Assembly: GCA_951406725.2 (NCBI GenBank)
Contig: OX597841.1
Location: forward strand, 2,728,001 to 2,792,000
Length of the DNA stretch: 64,000 nucleotides
Direction of reading: 5' to 3'
DNA from: Octopus vulgaris
Taxonomy: Eukaryota
Shown piece by piece: positions 44,713 to 58,129 of this stretch. Numbering within the stretch: position 1 is the stretch's first letter; every line of letters starts with the position of its first letter. The notes below the pieces were generated by a model. That model was not told the DNA's origin and ran no database searches. It worked only from the letters and a program-made list of their open reading frames with translations. The position numbers and the translations under genes are program-made.

Positions 44713-45768
44713 AATAATAATAATAAGAACATTGTGTACAGTGCTCAGGTGCACTACAACTCATCTAAAGTGTATGTATAGTACATAGGGTAATGTACAA
44801 GCGTCAGGAAAAGAACAGTGCATGAGTCATGACATACACATATGTGTATGAGTATGGAAGGGGGGCAATCAGGTGTAGTTTTGGCGGATTTCGGGAAGCA
44901 TGAGGGCCTTAAAGGATGCAGTGTCATGGCAGTCAACAACTGACGCAGGCAGTTTGTTCCATGCTTCAGCAACTCTGAGCGTGAAAAAATGTTTCCGAAA
45001 GTCATGGGAGCTGTGTTGCTTTCTGACTTTGTAGGCATGTCCACGTTTGTTGGACACATGGAGAACAAAAATGTGTTCAGTGTTGTTGTTGGTGAGGTGG
45101 TTGATAACTTTGTGGGTGTTTACCAAGTCCATCGCCAGACGCCGGAGCTTCAGTGAATCCATGCCCAGGGAAACAAGGCGCTCAGAGTATGGTAGGTGTC
45201 TGATGGAGGGTATGCGTTTGGTTGCACGTCTCTGAACAGATTCCAGGAGGTCAATGTTCGGCGATCTTTCGTCTCTAGTAGACCTTTCCGTCGATTTCCG
45301 TAAAAAAATTTTTTTTTTACATATGGGCTTGCGGGAACTTTTGAAGTAATATACATACATATACACATACACCGAGTAAAAAATTTCAGTTATCTCTTTC
45401 TTTCACACATTACTCTGTCTCTTCACACACACTAACAGAAGCACTTCACTTACACAACATACTGTCTGTCTCCCACACCCCATCAAACACACACACGCAC
45501 ACACACATGTCCATCAATGCTTCCCATGCACGGTAACTTCAAAAGAACTTCCCTCGTCATACAATCGCTTTCTCTTAGTCTCTTTCGCTCTCATTACTTC
45601 AAAAGTTCCCGCAAGCCCATATGTAAAAAAAAAAATTTTTTTACGGAAATCGACGGAAAGGTCTACTAGAGACGAAAGATTGCCCAATGTTCTGAGCAAG
45701 ATAGGGGTTCCGAACTGATGATGCGAATTCCAAGTGTGGTCGTACCATAGCTGTAAAGAATCTTGCAA
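44713..45768 (-). mobile_element. CR1-type LINE 3' fragment split by a MITE
   Basis: NIDLLESVQRRATKRIPSIRHLPYSERL..RGHAYKV..FFTLRVAEAWNKLP; the upstream VRPHLEF segment lies at ~45725-45750. Confidence 0.88.
45260..45684. mobile_element. MITE with ~90-bp TIRs and 8-bp TSD (Merlin-like), nested in a CR1
   Basis: GGCGATCTTTCG..CGAAAGATTGCC; TSD CAATGTTC at 45252-45259 and 45685-45692. The interior matches one arm of the 30263 palindrome. Confidence 0.88.
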
Positions 45769-45789
45769 ACCAAATAGAATAATTTCATT

Positions 45790-46465
45790 GCTGAATACTT
45801 ACGGAAATTTTTCATAAACGATAATGCTGTTATATGTGTGAGTATTTGGTAGTCGAAATATGCGTTTTCAGTAGATATAATTGGATTTACCAACTAATTA
45901 AGAGAGACACACGCACAGGACATTTAACCGGATATCAACACAAAGAAAGAAGGATTTTCAATGCGCATGCGTATCTCTTTTCTTGAAATATTTACCACAT
46001 AAGCCTAATTAATAAAAATACAACATAAGTCTAATTAATAAAAATACAACAAAGAAGGAAAACGAATAAAAGTTTAAAAGATCGAGACCCGGCAGCCTAA
46101 AAGGCCGAATACAGTAGAGTATACACAAAAGGCGAAAGAATTAGACTTTTGGCTGCCTTAAATAGTAACAGAGGAGAAACGCATGCGCATTGAAAACACT
46201 TCCCAATCCATTCTGATTTCTGGTTAATTGTCCAGGTGCGTGAATTTCTCTTAATCAGCTGATTAATTCATGTGTAATACTTATAATTTATTTCTCACCT
46301 GCTAGATATACACATATATATATAACAATACAATCCTTTATGAAACATTTCCGTAAGTATTAAGCAATGAAAATATTCGATGTGTTTAATTCTGTAGACG
46401 TTCGGTATTTGGTGCGTCAATTCTTTGTTTCTCTTCTGTGTTTTTTATGAACGAGAGATGTCACT
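45790..46465. promoter_or_regulatory. Head-to-head bidirectional promoter of ZNF 41141(-) and 48463(+)
   Basis: Two inverted modules with NRF1-like sites at 45962 and 46179, and outward-facing GTAAGT donors at ~45800 (-) and ~46353 (+). Confidence 0.65.
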
Positions 46466-47727
46466 GATTTGTGCGTGATTTGGCTGCTATTTCTAGCTAT
46501 GGAAGAGAGATTCTATGATCTGTGTGGGATCTGGCTGCTATTTCTAGCTATGGAAGAGAGATTCCATGATCTGTGTGTGATTTGGCTGCTATTTCTAGCT
46601 ATGGAAGAGAGATTCCATGATCTGTGTGTGATTTGGCTGCTATTTCTAGCTATGGAAGAGAGATTCTATGATTTGTGCGTATTTTGGCTGCTATTTCTAG
46701 CTATGGAAGAGAGATTCTATGATCTGTGTGTGATTTGGCTGCTATTTCTAGCTATGGAAGAGAGATTCTATGATTTGTGTGTGATTTGGCTGCTATTTCT
46801 AGCTATGGAAGAGAGATTCTATGATTTGTGTGTGACATGGCTGCTATTTCTAGCTATGGAAGAGAGATTCCATGATCTGTGTGTGATTTGGCTGCTATTT
46901 CTAGCTATGGAAGAGAGATTCTATGATCTGTGTGTGATTTGGCTGCTATTTCTAGCTATGGAAGAGAGATTCTATGATCTGTGCGTAATTTGGCTGCTAT
47001 TTCTAGCTATGGAAGAGAGATTCTATGATCTGTGCGTGATTTGGCTGCTATTTCTAGCTATGGAAGAGAGATTCTATGATCTGTGTGTGATTTGGCTGCT
47101 ATTTCTAGCTATGGAAGAGAGATTCTATGATCTGTGTGTGATTTGGCTGCTATTTCTAGCTATGGAAGAGAGATTCTATGATCTGTGTGTGATTTGGCTG
47201 CTATTTCTAGCTATGGAAGAGAGATTCTATGATCTGTGCGTGATTTGGCTGCTATTTCTAGCTATGGAAGAGATTCTATGATCTGTGTGTGATTTGGCTG
47301 CTATTTCTAGCTATGGAAGAGAGATTCTATGATCTGTGCGTGATTTGGCTGCTATTTCTAGCTATGGAAGAGAGATTCTATGATCTGTGTGTGATTTGGC
47401 TGCTATTTCTAGCTATGGAAGAGAGATTCTATGATCTGTGTGGGATCTGGCTGCTATTTCTAGCTATGGAAGAGAGATTCTATGATCTGTGCGTGATTTG
47501 GCTGCTATTTCTAGCTATGGAAGAGAGATTCTATGATCTGTGCGTGATTTGGCTGCTATTTCTAGCTATGGAAGAGAGATTCCATGATCTGTGTGTGATT
47601 TAGCTGCTATTTCTAGCTATGGAAGAGAGATTCTATGATCTGTGTGTGATTTAGCTGTTATTTCTAGCTATGGAAGAGAGATTCTATGATCTGTGTGTGA
47701 TTTAGCTGTTATTTCTAGCTATGGAAG
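46466..47727 (+). repeat. Homogeneous 51-bp minisatellite, ~25 copies
   Basis: Unit GATCTGTGTGTGATTTGGCTGCTATTTCTAGCTATGGAAGAGAGATTCTAT; gives the 17-aa periodic pseudo-ORFs at 46469 and 47289. Confidence 0.97.
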
Positions 47728-48462
47728 GCACCTTCTAAACACTCCATGCTTCATCGTTGACACGTTAGTTAATTTATGGAATGCTTGTTTCTTTGTATAA
47801 CTAATGATGCGTTCCCACTCATCTAGCAATTTCTTTTTTCATAACTTTCTACAAAATGGATAATATTAAATAGAAATTTCTGAAAGGACATTTCAGATGA
47901 TGCAGATAAGGGATTTGTGGGACACGAAAAATACAATTGAATGGGAGTTAGGGATAGTTTGGTTAAACTACAGCGTTTAACCTGGTCATTATCAAAATGA
48001 TGTGATGTTAATTTTAATAAATCCAAATATTCTGTTGTTAAGGGAAATGTTTATTTCTACAGTTTATCTCAATAGAAATGAATCTGTATTTTTTTGAGTA
48101 GCCTCTACATCTTACACTGTTGTTTCTATCTGATTTCAGGACATCAGATGACATTGACATAACAGAAGAAACTATATCTACCATGTTTTAAGGAATAAAG
48201 GAAATCATTATACAAGACAGATGTATAGCATTGTTTCTAGAAATCTGTGGAAGAATTCCTGTGAAACATTTCTGAACATCACTGACTGAAGCATGAAGAA
48301 GAGTGGCTCCTGAGCTGATGAAACTTGGATAAATTTATGTAATTGCTGCTAGAGAAAGGTAACCCTGGACAGAAATACAGCTGTAGTAGGAGCAGTAGTA
48401 AGGAATAAAGTGTAAGAAGAAAGCAGGAAAAATATTTAAACTGGGATTTGTGAGGAAAAAGA

Positions 48463-49728
48463 ATGGAAAAGAGTGAGAAAAGTATAGAACTGATTTCCTC
48501 TGAACCCATGACGAAAGAGAAAAGGAAATTGTCATATGAGTGTGATGTCTGTAAAAAGGTCTTCTCCCTAAAATGTAAGCTAATTTCTCACAAACGCATT
48601 CATTCAGGAGAGAAACCGTTTCATTGTGAGGTCTGTGGTAAATCTTTCTCTCAAAGTAGTCACTTAACTGCCCATAGGTTTACTCACGCAGGAAAGAAAC
48701 TGTATCATTGTGATATATGCGGTGAATCTTTCTCTCAAAGTAGTAGCTTAACTACACATAAACATATTCATGCAGGAGAGGAATCATATCATTGTGATAT
48801 TTGTGATAAATCATTCTTTCGGAGCGTTTCATTAACTAGACATAAACGTATTCATACAGGAGAAAAAATGTATTCGTGTGAGGTTTGTGGTAAATCATTC
48901 ACTGAAAATAGTAACTTCACAAAACACAAACGTATTCATACAGGAGAGAAGCCATATCACTGTGAGGTCTGTGGTAAATCTTTCTCTCGAAATACTCACT
49001 TAACTAGGCACAAACATGTTCATACAGGAGAGAAACTTTATCTGTGTGAGGTGTGTGGTAAATCATTCCCTGAAAATTCTACATTGATAAAACACTGTCG
49101 CATTCATACAGGAGAAAAACCATATCCTTGTGAGGTCTGTGGTAAATCATTCTCTGAAGATAGTGACTTAACTACACATATACGTATTCATACAGGAGAG
49201 AAGCCATACCATTGTGATATCTGTGGTAAATCGTTCTCTCGAAATAGTCACTTAACTCGACACGAACGTATTCATACAGGAGAGAAACTGTATTCATGTG
49301 ATGTGTGTGGTAAATCATTCCCTGAAAATGCTACCTTAACGAGACATTATCGTATTCACACAGGAGAGAAACCATATCACTGTGATGTCTGTGGTAAATC
49401 ATTCTCTGAAAATAGTACCTTGACTTCGCACAAACGTATTCATACAGGAGAAAATCTATATCATTGTGATTTCTGTGGTAAATCATTCCCTGAAAATGCT
49501 ACCTTAACAAGACACTATCGTATTCATACAGGTGAGAAGCCATTTCCCTGTGATGTCTGTGGTAAATCATTTTCTCAAAATAGTGCCTTGACATCGCACA
49601 AACGTATTCATACTGGTGAAAAACCGTATCACTGTGATTTCTGTGGTAAATCGTTCTCTGTAAGTGGTTTGTTAACTAGACACAAACGTATTCATTCAGG
49701 GGAAGCACCATATCATTTCAGTGTGTAG
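48463..49728 (+). CDS. C2H2 zinc-finger protein, 14 fingers
   Basis: 421-aa ORF with leader [16 protein letters not shown]. Decayed finger-like sequence continues to ~49830. Confidence 0.93.
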   Translation: MEKSEKSIELISSEPMTKEKRKLSYECDVCKKVFSLKCKLISHKRIHSGEKPFHCEVCGKSFSQSSHLTAHRFTHAGKKLYHCDICGESFSQSSSLTTHKHIHAGEESYHCDICDKSFFRSVSLTRHKRIHTGEKMYSCEVCGKSFTENSNFTKHKRIHTGEKPYHCEVCGKSFSRNTHLTRHKHVHTGEKLYLCEVCGKSFPENSTLIKHCRIHTGEKPYPCEVCGKSFSEDSDLTTHIRIHTGEKPYHCDICGKSFSRNSHLTRHERIHTGEKLYSCDVCGKSFPENATLTRHYRIHTGEKPYHCDVCGKSFSENSTLTSHKRIHTGENLYHCDFCGKSFPENATLTRHYRIHTGEKPFPCDVCGKSFSQNSALTSHKRIHTGEKPYHCDFCGKSFSVSGLLTRHKRIHSGEAPYHFSV

Positions 49729-49957
49729 TAAATCACTTCACTGCAGTCTGTAGTACCTTGACCTCCTACAAAGTAGAAACCATATCACTTGACTAGACAG
49801 GTATTCATACAGAAGAGACACCATATCATTCCTTGTCAGTATTGCCTTGAGATTAAATTATTTCCAAAAATTTTAGATTTTTTTTGTTTTGTCTGCACTC
49901 TTCACCTCCCTTGGATTCAGTGAGAACATACATCAGTCAGGATACCAAGTCTGAAAA

Positions 49958-50384
49958 TCTCTTCTCTCTATATATAAACGGCAGTTTGTCTGTCTGTGTG
50001 TCTGTCAGGTTGTACCCTCGCCCTGACCACGGCTTTCAACCGATTTTGATGAAACTTGACACACACATAGCCCAATGTCATAATTCAAAACTAACGGAGC
50101 GAAAATTTTGAAAAGTTCCCCCAGTTCTGAAAAAAATCGATTAATTCGACATGGGGTCGAGAATCTAAGCTTTTTATATGCAACACATTTTCTGTCTAGG
50201 GGACACAACTCGACCATTTTATCGCCCAAAGGGACAGCTAGGAACATCGTATACACAGAAGTATTCGAGTGAAGAGAAGACATTGCAACCTACACATGTG
50301 CCTTCGTTCCCTAGAGGGAAAGGACTAGAGTGGGATTAGTCATTGCCTACTAGGGGCTCTTACATACCCGGGCTATGCTGCTAG
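49958..50384 (+). mobile_element. Non-autonomous Helitron
   Basis: 5' ~200 bp near-identical to the 36909 element; different 3' part ending CCCGGGCTATGCTGCTAG|T. Confidence 0.75.
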
Positions 50385-50589
50385 TTTTCACTAAATTTTT
50401 AAGTTTCGAAATCTGGTAACAACAGAAAAAAACTCTCTATTTGTCTCTTTCAATTTTCGCAGTTCTCATATTAAACTTCCCTTCTCTCATCATCATCATC
50501 GTCATCATCATCATTTAACGTCTGCTTTCCATGCTAGCATGGGTTGGACGATTTGACTGAGGACTGGCGAACCAGTTCTATGGTAAATC

Positions 50590-51995
50590 TGCCCCTGCAC
50601 TTTAAAGGAATGCATGAGGTAGATGGCTCTGCTCGATCTGTAGAAAAGGTGTTGGTAGAAACTCTATAAGATGCACCAAGTGTAAGCTATGGACACATAA
50701 GAGGTGCAGCAATGTCAAGGGAAGGCTAACTAGGAAGATGGTTTTTGTATGTGGCAGATGCTCAGGGACAATAAACACTGAAAATGCTCTGAGACCAACT
50801 TCTGTCACTTTCCAGGGAGAAAAATTAGAAATAGTTGATAGCTTCTGTTACCTAGGTGACCAAATCAGTAGCGGTGGTGGGTGTGCTGAAAGTGTAACTG
50901 CTAGAGTAAGAATAGCCTGGGCAAAGTTCAGAGAGCTCTTACCTCTGCTGGTGACAAAAGGCCTCTCGCTCAGAGTAAAAGGCAGACTGTATGACGTGTG
51001 TATGAACAGCCATGCTACATGGCAATGAAACATGGGCCGTGACTACTGAGGATATGCGTAAGCTCGCAAGAAATGAAGCCAGTATGCTCCAATGGATGTG
51101 TAATGTCAGTACTCATACTCGCCAGAGTGTAAGTACCTTGAGAGAAAAGCTGGACCTAAGAAGCATCAGTTGTAGTGTGCAAGAGAGACGTTTGCGCTGG
51201 TATGGACATGTGGCGAGAATGGATGAAGATAGTTGTGTGAAATAGTGCCACACCCTAGCGGTTGAGGGAACCTGTGGAAGAGGCAGACCCAGGAAAACCT
51301 GGGACGAGGTGGTGAAGCACGACCTTCGAACTTTAGGTCTCACTGAGTAAATGACTAGAGGTCGAGACCTCTGGAAGTATGCTGTGCACGAGAAGACCCG
51401 GCAGGACAAGTGAGACCATAACCCGTGGCCTTCTACATGGGATGGAGCCAGCCTACGTATGCATACCTTCCCTTCTTGGGATGCAAAACTCTACTTGTGA
51501 AGACCTGTTGAGGCAAGTGAGAATCAGAATGGAAATTGCAGCTGAGTTACCAGTGCCGGTGGCACATAAGAGAACCATCCGAATGTGGCCGTTGCCAGCG
51601 CCGCCCTGACTGGCCTCGTGCCGGTGGCACATAAAAAGCACCATCCATTCATGGTCGTTGCCAGTGCCGCCCCGACTGGCCTTGTGCCGGTGGCACATAA
51701 GAAGCACCATCCATTTGTGGCCGTTGCCAGCACCGCCCCGACTGGCCTCGTGCCGGTGGCACGTAAAAAGCACCATCCGTTCGTGGCCGTTGCCAGCTCC
51801 GTCTGGCACCTGTGCAGGTGGCACGTAAAAAGCACCCACTACACTCACGGAGTGTTTGGCGTTAGGAAGGGCATCCAGCCGTAGAAACACTGGCAGATCA
51901 GACTGGGCCTGGTGCAGCCTTCTGGCTTCACAGACCCGAGTTGAACCGTCCAACCCATGCTAGCATGGAAAGCGGACGCTAAATGATGATGATGA
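50590..51995 (+). mobile_element. 5'-truncated RTE-clade LINE; shorter copy at 54350-55218
   Basis: CSICRKGVGRNSIRCTKC, FCYLGDQI, RVRIAWAKFRELLPLL, HGNETW, RWYGHVARM, GRPRKTW, then 3' UTR repeats and (GAT)n tail; several stops. Confidence 0.92.
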
Positions 51996-53282
51996 AATAC
52001 TCTTCTTGGATAATGTTGCTGCCGAAAGAAGTAATTTGCAATGCGCAGTTGTAGGCAGGAATCTGCTTGAGAAAGTCATGAGAATAAGGAGACGCCTCTG
52101 TCAAAAGGGTTGCAGGATTTTGTAGAAGGGTTACAGTAATCTTACCGTTGAAGCAGCCCATGCCGGGAGTTTCTCCAGGCCACTTTTTAGTTCCGCAAAA
52201 TTGGCAGAGTGTGGATATGCAGCGTATTTGAACGTCAGGGTGATTACTGCAGTCAATTGTAGGATCGCAGCTGAATGCTGTTGTTGACCAACGCGAGGAG
52301 CATGGCCTTGAGTAGAAATGTCGTGAAGCACTTCGCTGCGTTGTAGCCTCCAGTCGTTGTCTTTCCCCTGTAGTATTTATTTGCAAGTTACGATTTACCT
52401 CTGTTTTCACGTGAGCCCCCTTTTTCATATAATTATTCCAACTTAAACTAGCCACTTCAAAACTCTTACCCAAAATTTAAAATCCTTAGTTTAGTCTGTT
52501 TGATTAACATTTTTGCCAAACTACATTTTACTATTACAGGCTTCTTTCAGTTTCTGTCTACCAAATCCACTCACAAGGCTTTGGTCAGCCCAAGGCTATA
52601 GCAAAAGACACTTGCCCAAGATGCCACGCAGTGGGATTGAACCCGGAACCATGTGGTTGGTTAGCAAGCTACTTACCACACTGCCACTCCTGCACACATA
52701 CATTTAATTTTCTTGTAGCATTTGTTTGCCGACCTATTTTGGATCTTTTGCATTGGGGCACGGTGGAAAATTATCAGTTTACTCAATAGAAAAAGTCCCA
52801 AGGAAAAATCGGTGAATGTGTAGCTCCGAAAAAATAGTAAAATGTAGTTGGCAAAAATGTTAATCAAACAGACTAAACTAAGGATTTTAAATTTTGGGTA
52901 AGAGTTTTGAAGTGGCTAATTTAAGTTGGAATAATTATATGAAAAAGAGCACTCACATGAAAACAAGGCAGATCATAACTTGCTGGCAGTACTGTGCAAG
53001 CAGTCAATAAGAGCTTGCCACAGATGACAAAGTAAAGTATCGATTTTTTCCAGCTGGGTGTGTGTCAGGTTTTTTCGCTGGCTCAGCCAAATCCTAGGTG
53101 CATTGAGAGTAGTCTATTTATGTTGGGGACGCAGAATTTCGAGGAAAAATTTTATAAGAAATAGCATCCCAAGTCAAAGAGAGCACACATGTCAAATTTG
53201 GTGAAATTCGGTTGAAAATTGTAGAAGTAGAAGTGGTTCACACAACACACAGAAAGACAAGTTGCCTTTTAATATAAAAGAT
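51996..53282 (-). mobile_element. Truncated autonomous-type Helitron relic (RepHel N-terminal region)
   Basis: ORF 51979-52473 contains CQFCGTKKWPGETPGMGCFNGKI..FLKQIPAYNCALQITSFG, typical of the Helitron RepHel N-terminus. A TC..TATATTAAAA 5' end lies at ~53282 on the minus strand. Confidence 0.75.
52382..52983. mobile_element. Element with ~150-bp terminal inverted repeats inside the Helitron relic
   Basis: 52382-52535 is the reverse complement of 52833-52983. It contains a SINE-A head; no clear TSD. Confidence 0.7.
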
Positions 53283-53649
53283 ATATATATATATATATAT
53301 ACAGGTTGCTCTGATACAAACATCATGAACACACAACAACCATTGGCTTGTTCTGAGACAATTTATTCACCTCCTCCTGTATATAATCAGATGGATGCAG
53401 CTTGCCAGCCCTGGACAAACCGTCCAACCCATGCCAAATAATGATGTGTGTGTGAACATATATATATGTATACATATACACATATATAGATATGTATAAA
53501 TACAGAAAACTCTAACATGTCTGAATGACAGTAGGTTAAAAGCAAGAACAACTATTATGACATCTGTTACAAAACATTCATGGGATCCTTTTCAGGTGCT
53601 GAATAACATCCCTCTTTCCTGTGTTCACTCCCACATCTCTTTCCCAGTT

Positions 53650-54008
53650 TTCAGAGTTGACACTCTAAATGTAGGTCTAGCGAGATTGTAGAGAAGCTCG
53701 AACGGAGACATGTAGATGTATGTTGCATACAAGAGGTAAGAAGGAGAGGAGCTTCAGCCAGTCTTTGGCTCCACAGACCTACACAACAAAATGGCAATTA
53801 TTGACAGCATCAACATAGAGGAAACTAAGGCAACATCAGCCATTGATTAGATGAGTTCAAACACGACAACAGGCCCCGACGGATTCCCAGCAATCCTAAA
53901 GAAATGCAAGGAGGCTCTAGCTAGACCATTTCAGATTCTCTTTCAGAGCTTCCTCACAACAGGGCAGCATCCCAAAAAACTAAAGGAAGGCATTATATGC
54001 CCTATTCA
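53650..54008 (+). mobile_element. Two short LINE fragments (APE N-terminus; pre-RT GPDG region)
   Basis: TLNVG..ERRHVDVCCIQEVR, then GPDGFPAILKKCKEALARPFQILFQSFL..IICPIH. Confidence 0.65.
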
Positions 54009-55219
54009 TATATATACATATAAGGTGTGTTATGAGTATTTATAGAACACGTATCCTATATAAAAATCAACAAAGACAGAGAAGAAATGTTAAAAGTTTT
54101 ATTAAATTTTAATCCATTCATACGATCGTTTTCAATGGTAACATTAACATGTAAGAAAACATGGAAAAAAATTGAATTAATTTAATTACATATTACTACT
54201 CTCATCGGTGCAAAATGGAAGAATACATCAGAAGAATATTGTTGTTACAGAACTATGTGGAGTCTGTGTCACACAACTCATTCGGATATTCAGAATATGA
54301 TTATGAAAGATGAAAAAGAAGAACATGCTCAGGTAGTGTTGAGTCTAGTTGTGTCTACTCGACAGAGTTTAAGTGCCTTGAGAGAAAAGTTGGACCTAAG
54401 AAGCATCAGTTATGGTGTGCAAGAGAGATGTTTGCGCTGGTATGGTCATGTGACGAGAATGGATGAAGATAGTTGTGTGCAAAAGTGCCACACCCTAGCT
54501 GTTGAGGGAACCTGTGGAAGAGGAAGACCCAAGAAAACCTGGGACGAGGTGGTGAAGCACGATCTTCGAACTTTATGTCTCACTGAGGAAATGACTAGAG
54601 ACCGAGACCTATGGAAATATGCTGAGCGTGAGAAGACCTGGCAAGACTAGTGAGACCATAACCCATGGCCTCTACCTGGTATGTAGCCAGTCGACTTATA
54701 CATACCTTTCCTTCTTGGGACACAAAACTCCACTTGTGAAGACCCGTTGAGGCAAGTGAAAATCAAAATCAAATCAGATATCAGAAAGCAGAACCAAAAT
54801 CGAAGTCGATCAACATCAGTGGAAATTGCAGCTGTGATACCAGTGCCGGTGACAAGTAAGCGAACCAACCGATCGTGGCCGTTGCAAGCGCCGCCCCGAC
54901 TGGCCTCCGTGACAGTGGCACGTAAAAAGCACCATCCGATCGTGGACGTTTGCCAGCCAAGCCTGGCCCCCGTGCCGGAGGCACGTAAAAAGCACCGTCT
55001 GTCCTTGGCCGTTTGCCAGCCCTGTCTGGCACCTGTGCGGGTGGCACGTAAAAAGCACCCACTACACTCACTGAGTGGTTGGCGTTAGGAAGGGCATCCA
55101 GCTGTAGAAACTCTGCCAGATCAAGACTGGAGCCTGGTGCAGCCATCTGGTTGCCAGCCCTCAGTCAAAACCGTCCAACCCATGCTAGCATAGAAAACGG
55201 ACGTTAAAAGATGATGAAA

Positions 55220-55242
55220 CATACATATGTGTATATATATAC

Positions 55243-55293
<51 letters not shown>

Positions 55294-55301
55294 TGTGTGT
55301 G

Positions 55302-55345
<44 letters not shown>

Positions 55346-55348
55346 GAT
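55220..55348. repeat. (TA)n/(TG)n microsatellite
   Basis: Direct reading. Confidence 0.95.
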
Positions 55349-55911
55349 ATCATCATCATCGTTTAATGTCCACTTTCCATGCTGGCATGGGTTGGACGAT
55401 TTGACTGAGCTGGTGAACCAGATGGCTGCACCAGGGTCCAATCTGATCTGGGAGAGTTTCTACAGCTAGACGCCCTTCCTCATGCCAAACACTCCGAGAG
55501 TGTAGTGGGTGCTTTTATGTGCCAGTCAGGCAGTACTGGCAACGGCCACACTCAAATGTTGTCTTTTACGTGCCATCTGCATAGGAGCCAATCTAGTGGG
55601 ACTGGCAATGACCTCGCTCAAATGTTTTTTTTTACCTACCACATGTACAAGTGCCAGTAAGGTGCTGCTGGTAATAATCACACTCAGATCGTGCTTTTTA
55701 CGTGCCACTGGCACCGATCATGCTCTTAGTGCTCCACTAGCACGGATGTCAGTCATCGAATTTGATTTCGATTTGTTTGTGCAATATCAATGCACCGCTG
55801 AAAAAAAATTATTTACCACAGTGATATGGTGTCTCTCCAGTATGAATACATATGTGTGTAGTTGACGAAGCACTCTTGGAGAATGATTTACCAGATATCA
55901 CAATGATACAG

Positions 55912-57156
55912 TCACTTTTTTCCATGGGTACGACGGTGTTTAGTTAAATTATCACTTCTAGAGAATGATTTACCACAGACATCACAGCAATATGGCTTCT
56001 CCTTCGTATGAACACGCTTGTGCGAAATCAAGGCACTATTGTCAGAGAATGACTTTCCACAGATGTCACAATGATAGGGTTTCTCTCCTGTATGAGTACG
56101 TATGTGTATCCTTAAGGTACTATTTTGAGAGAATGATTTACCACAGATGTCACAGTGATGTGGCTTCTCCTTCGTATGAACACGCTTGTGCGAAATCAAG
56201 GCACTATTGTCAGAGAATGACTTTCCACAGATGTCACAATGATAGGGTTTCTCTCCTGTATGAGTACGTATGTGTATCCTTAAGGTACTATTTTGAGAGA
56301 ATGATTTACCACAGATGTCACAGTGATATGGCTTCTCCTTCGTATGAACACGCTTGTGCGAAATCAAGGCACTATTGTCAGAGAATGACTTTCCACAGAT
56401 GTCACAATGATACGGTTTCTCTCCTGTATGAATACGTATGTGTATCCTTAAGGTACTATTTTGAGAGAATGATTTACCACACATATCACAATGATATGGC
56501 TTCTCCCCTGTATGAATACGTTTATGTCTAGTTAAGTGACCACTGTTAGAGAATGATTTACCACAGATGTCACAGCGATATGGCTTCTCTCCTGTATGAA
56601 TACGCTTGTGATTTCTTAAGGGTTCACTTTTAGAGAATGATTTACCACAGATGTCACAGTGATATGGCTTCTCCCCTGTATGAATACGCTTGTGATATGT
56701 TAAGGAATGACTTTGAGAGAATGATTTACCATAAATATCACAATGATATGGTGTTTCTCCCGTATGAATACGTCTGTGTGAAGTTAGGTTACTCCTCTGA
56801 GAGAATGATTTACCACAGATATCACAATGATATGGCTTCACTCCTGTATGAATACGTTTGTGATCAGTGAAGTGACCACTGTCAGAGAATGAGTTACCAC
56901 AGACATCACAGTGATATGGTTTCTCACCTGTATGAATACGTTTGTGTCTAATTACGTAACTACTGTAAGTGAAAGATTTACCACAGATATCACAATGAAA
57001 TGGTTTGTCACCTGTATGAATACGTTTGTGAGAAATTAGCTTACATCTTAGGGAGAAGACCTTTTTACAGACATCACACTCGTATGACAATTTCCTTTCC
57101 TCTTTCTTCATGGGTTCAGAGGAAATCAGTTCTATACTTTTCTCACTCTTTTCCAT
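55912..57156 (-). CDS. C2H2 zinc-finger protein, 14 fingers (one C-to-Y)
   Basis: 414-aa ORF containing a triplicated two-finger unit. Confidence 0.93.
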   Translation of the reverse strand: MEKSEKSIELISSEPMKKEERKLSYECDVCKKVFSLRCKLISHKRIHTGDKPFHCDICGKSFTYSSYVIRHKRIHTGEKPYHCDVCGNSFSDSGHFTDHKRIHTGVKPYHCDICGKSFSQRSNLTSHRRIHTGETPYHCDIYGKSFSQSHSLTYHKRIHTGEKPYHCDICGKSFSKSEPLRNHKRIHTGEKPYRCDICGKSFSNSGHLTRHKRIHTGEKPYHCDMCGKSFSQNSTLRIHIRIHTGEKPYHCDICGKSFSDNSALISHKRVHTKEKPYHCDICGKSFSQNSTLRIHIRTHTGEKPYHCDICGKSFSDNSALISHKRVHTKEKPHHCDICGKSFSQNSTLRIHIRTHTGEKPYHCDICGKSFSDNSALISHKRVHTKEKPYCCDVCGKSFSRSDNLTKHRRTHGKK

Positions 57157-58129
57157 TCTTTTTCCTCACAAATCCCAGTTTAAATATTTTTCCTGCTTTC
57201 TTCTTACACTTTATTCCTTACAAATGCTCCTACTACAGCTGTATTTCTGTCCAGGGTTACCTTTCTCTAGCAGCAATTACATAAATTTAATCCAAGTTTC
57301 ATCAGAACAGGAGCCACTCTTCTTCATGCTTCAGTCAGTGATGTTCAGAAATGTTTCACAGGAATTCTTCCACAGATTTCTAGAAGCAATGCTATACATC
57401 TGCCTTGTATAATAATTTCCTTTATTCCTTAAAACATGGTAGATATAGTTTCTTCCGTTATGTCAATGTCATCTGATGTCCTGAAATCAGATAGAAACAA
57501 CAGTGTAAGATGTAGAGGCTACTCAAAAAATACAGATTCATTTCTATTGCGATAAACTGTAGAAATAAACATTTCCCTTAACAACAGAATATTTGGATTT
57601 ATTAAAATTAACATCACATCATTTTATAACCATGATTTTCTGTTCACCCTGTAATCTTAATTTCAGGGTAAATTTCATAGTTCTACTAATGATTGAAGAT
57701 TCGTTTAGTTTTTTTGTCTCTGGATAAAAATGGTAACAGGTTGAAAAGAAAGTTATGTTGCATTTTCAAGTGAAAAGGGGAAAGAGAATTGGGTTAACAT
57801 GTAGTTTAGTCTTATAAAATAGTGAAAGTAAATTGCTCCTAAAAACATGAACGTGTTCCGAGATTGAAACCTGGAGTGACAGCAAGTGACATCCCAGGAT
57901 TCCATGCAAACAATGAATGTAATATAAGAAATGTTTCCAATACAGAAATGTACAGCTATTTAATATAACAGGGAAACTGTACAAGTATTTTATGTAAGAT
58001 GAAAATAATAACATTTATGAGAAAACAGAAGAGTTATTGATGCACGAAACGAGATTCATGAATAGTTATTCCCAATCTCATAATTTGTGTTGCTGTGCAT
58101 GCTCAAGATATGTAAATAAATCATCACTA

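Noticed and set aside
46469-47603. Long hydrophobic repeat ORFs (DLCVIWLLFLAMEERFY)n
   Set aside because: By-product of a stop-free 51-bp unit. It is frameshifted at ~47270, and homologous arrays use 50/52-bp units.
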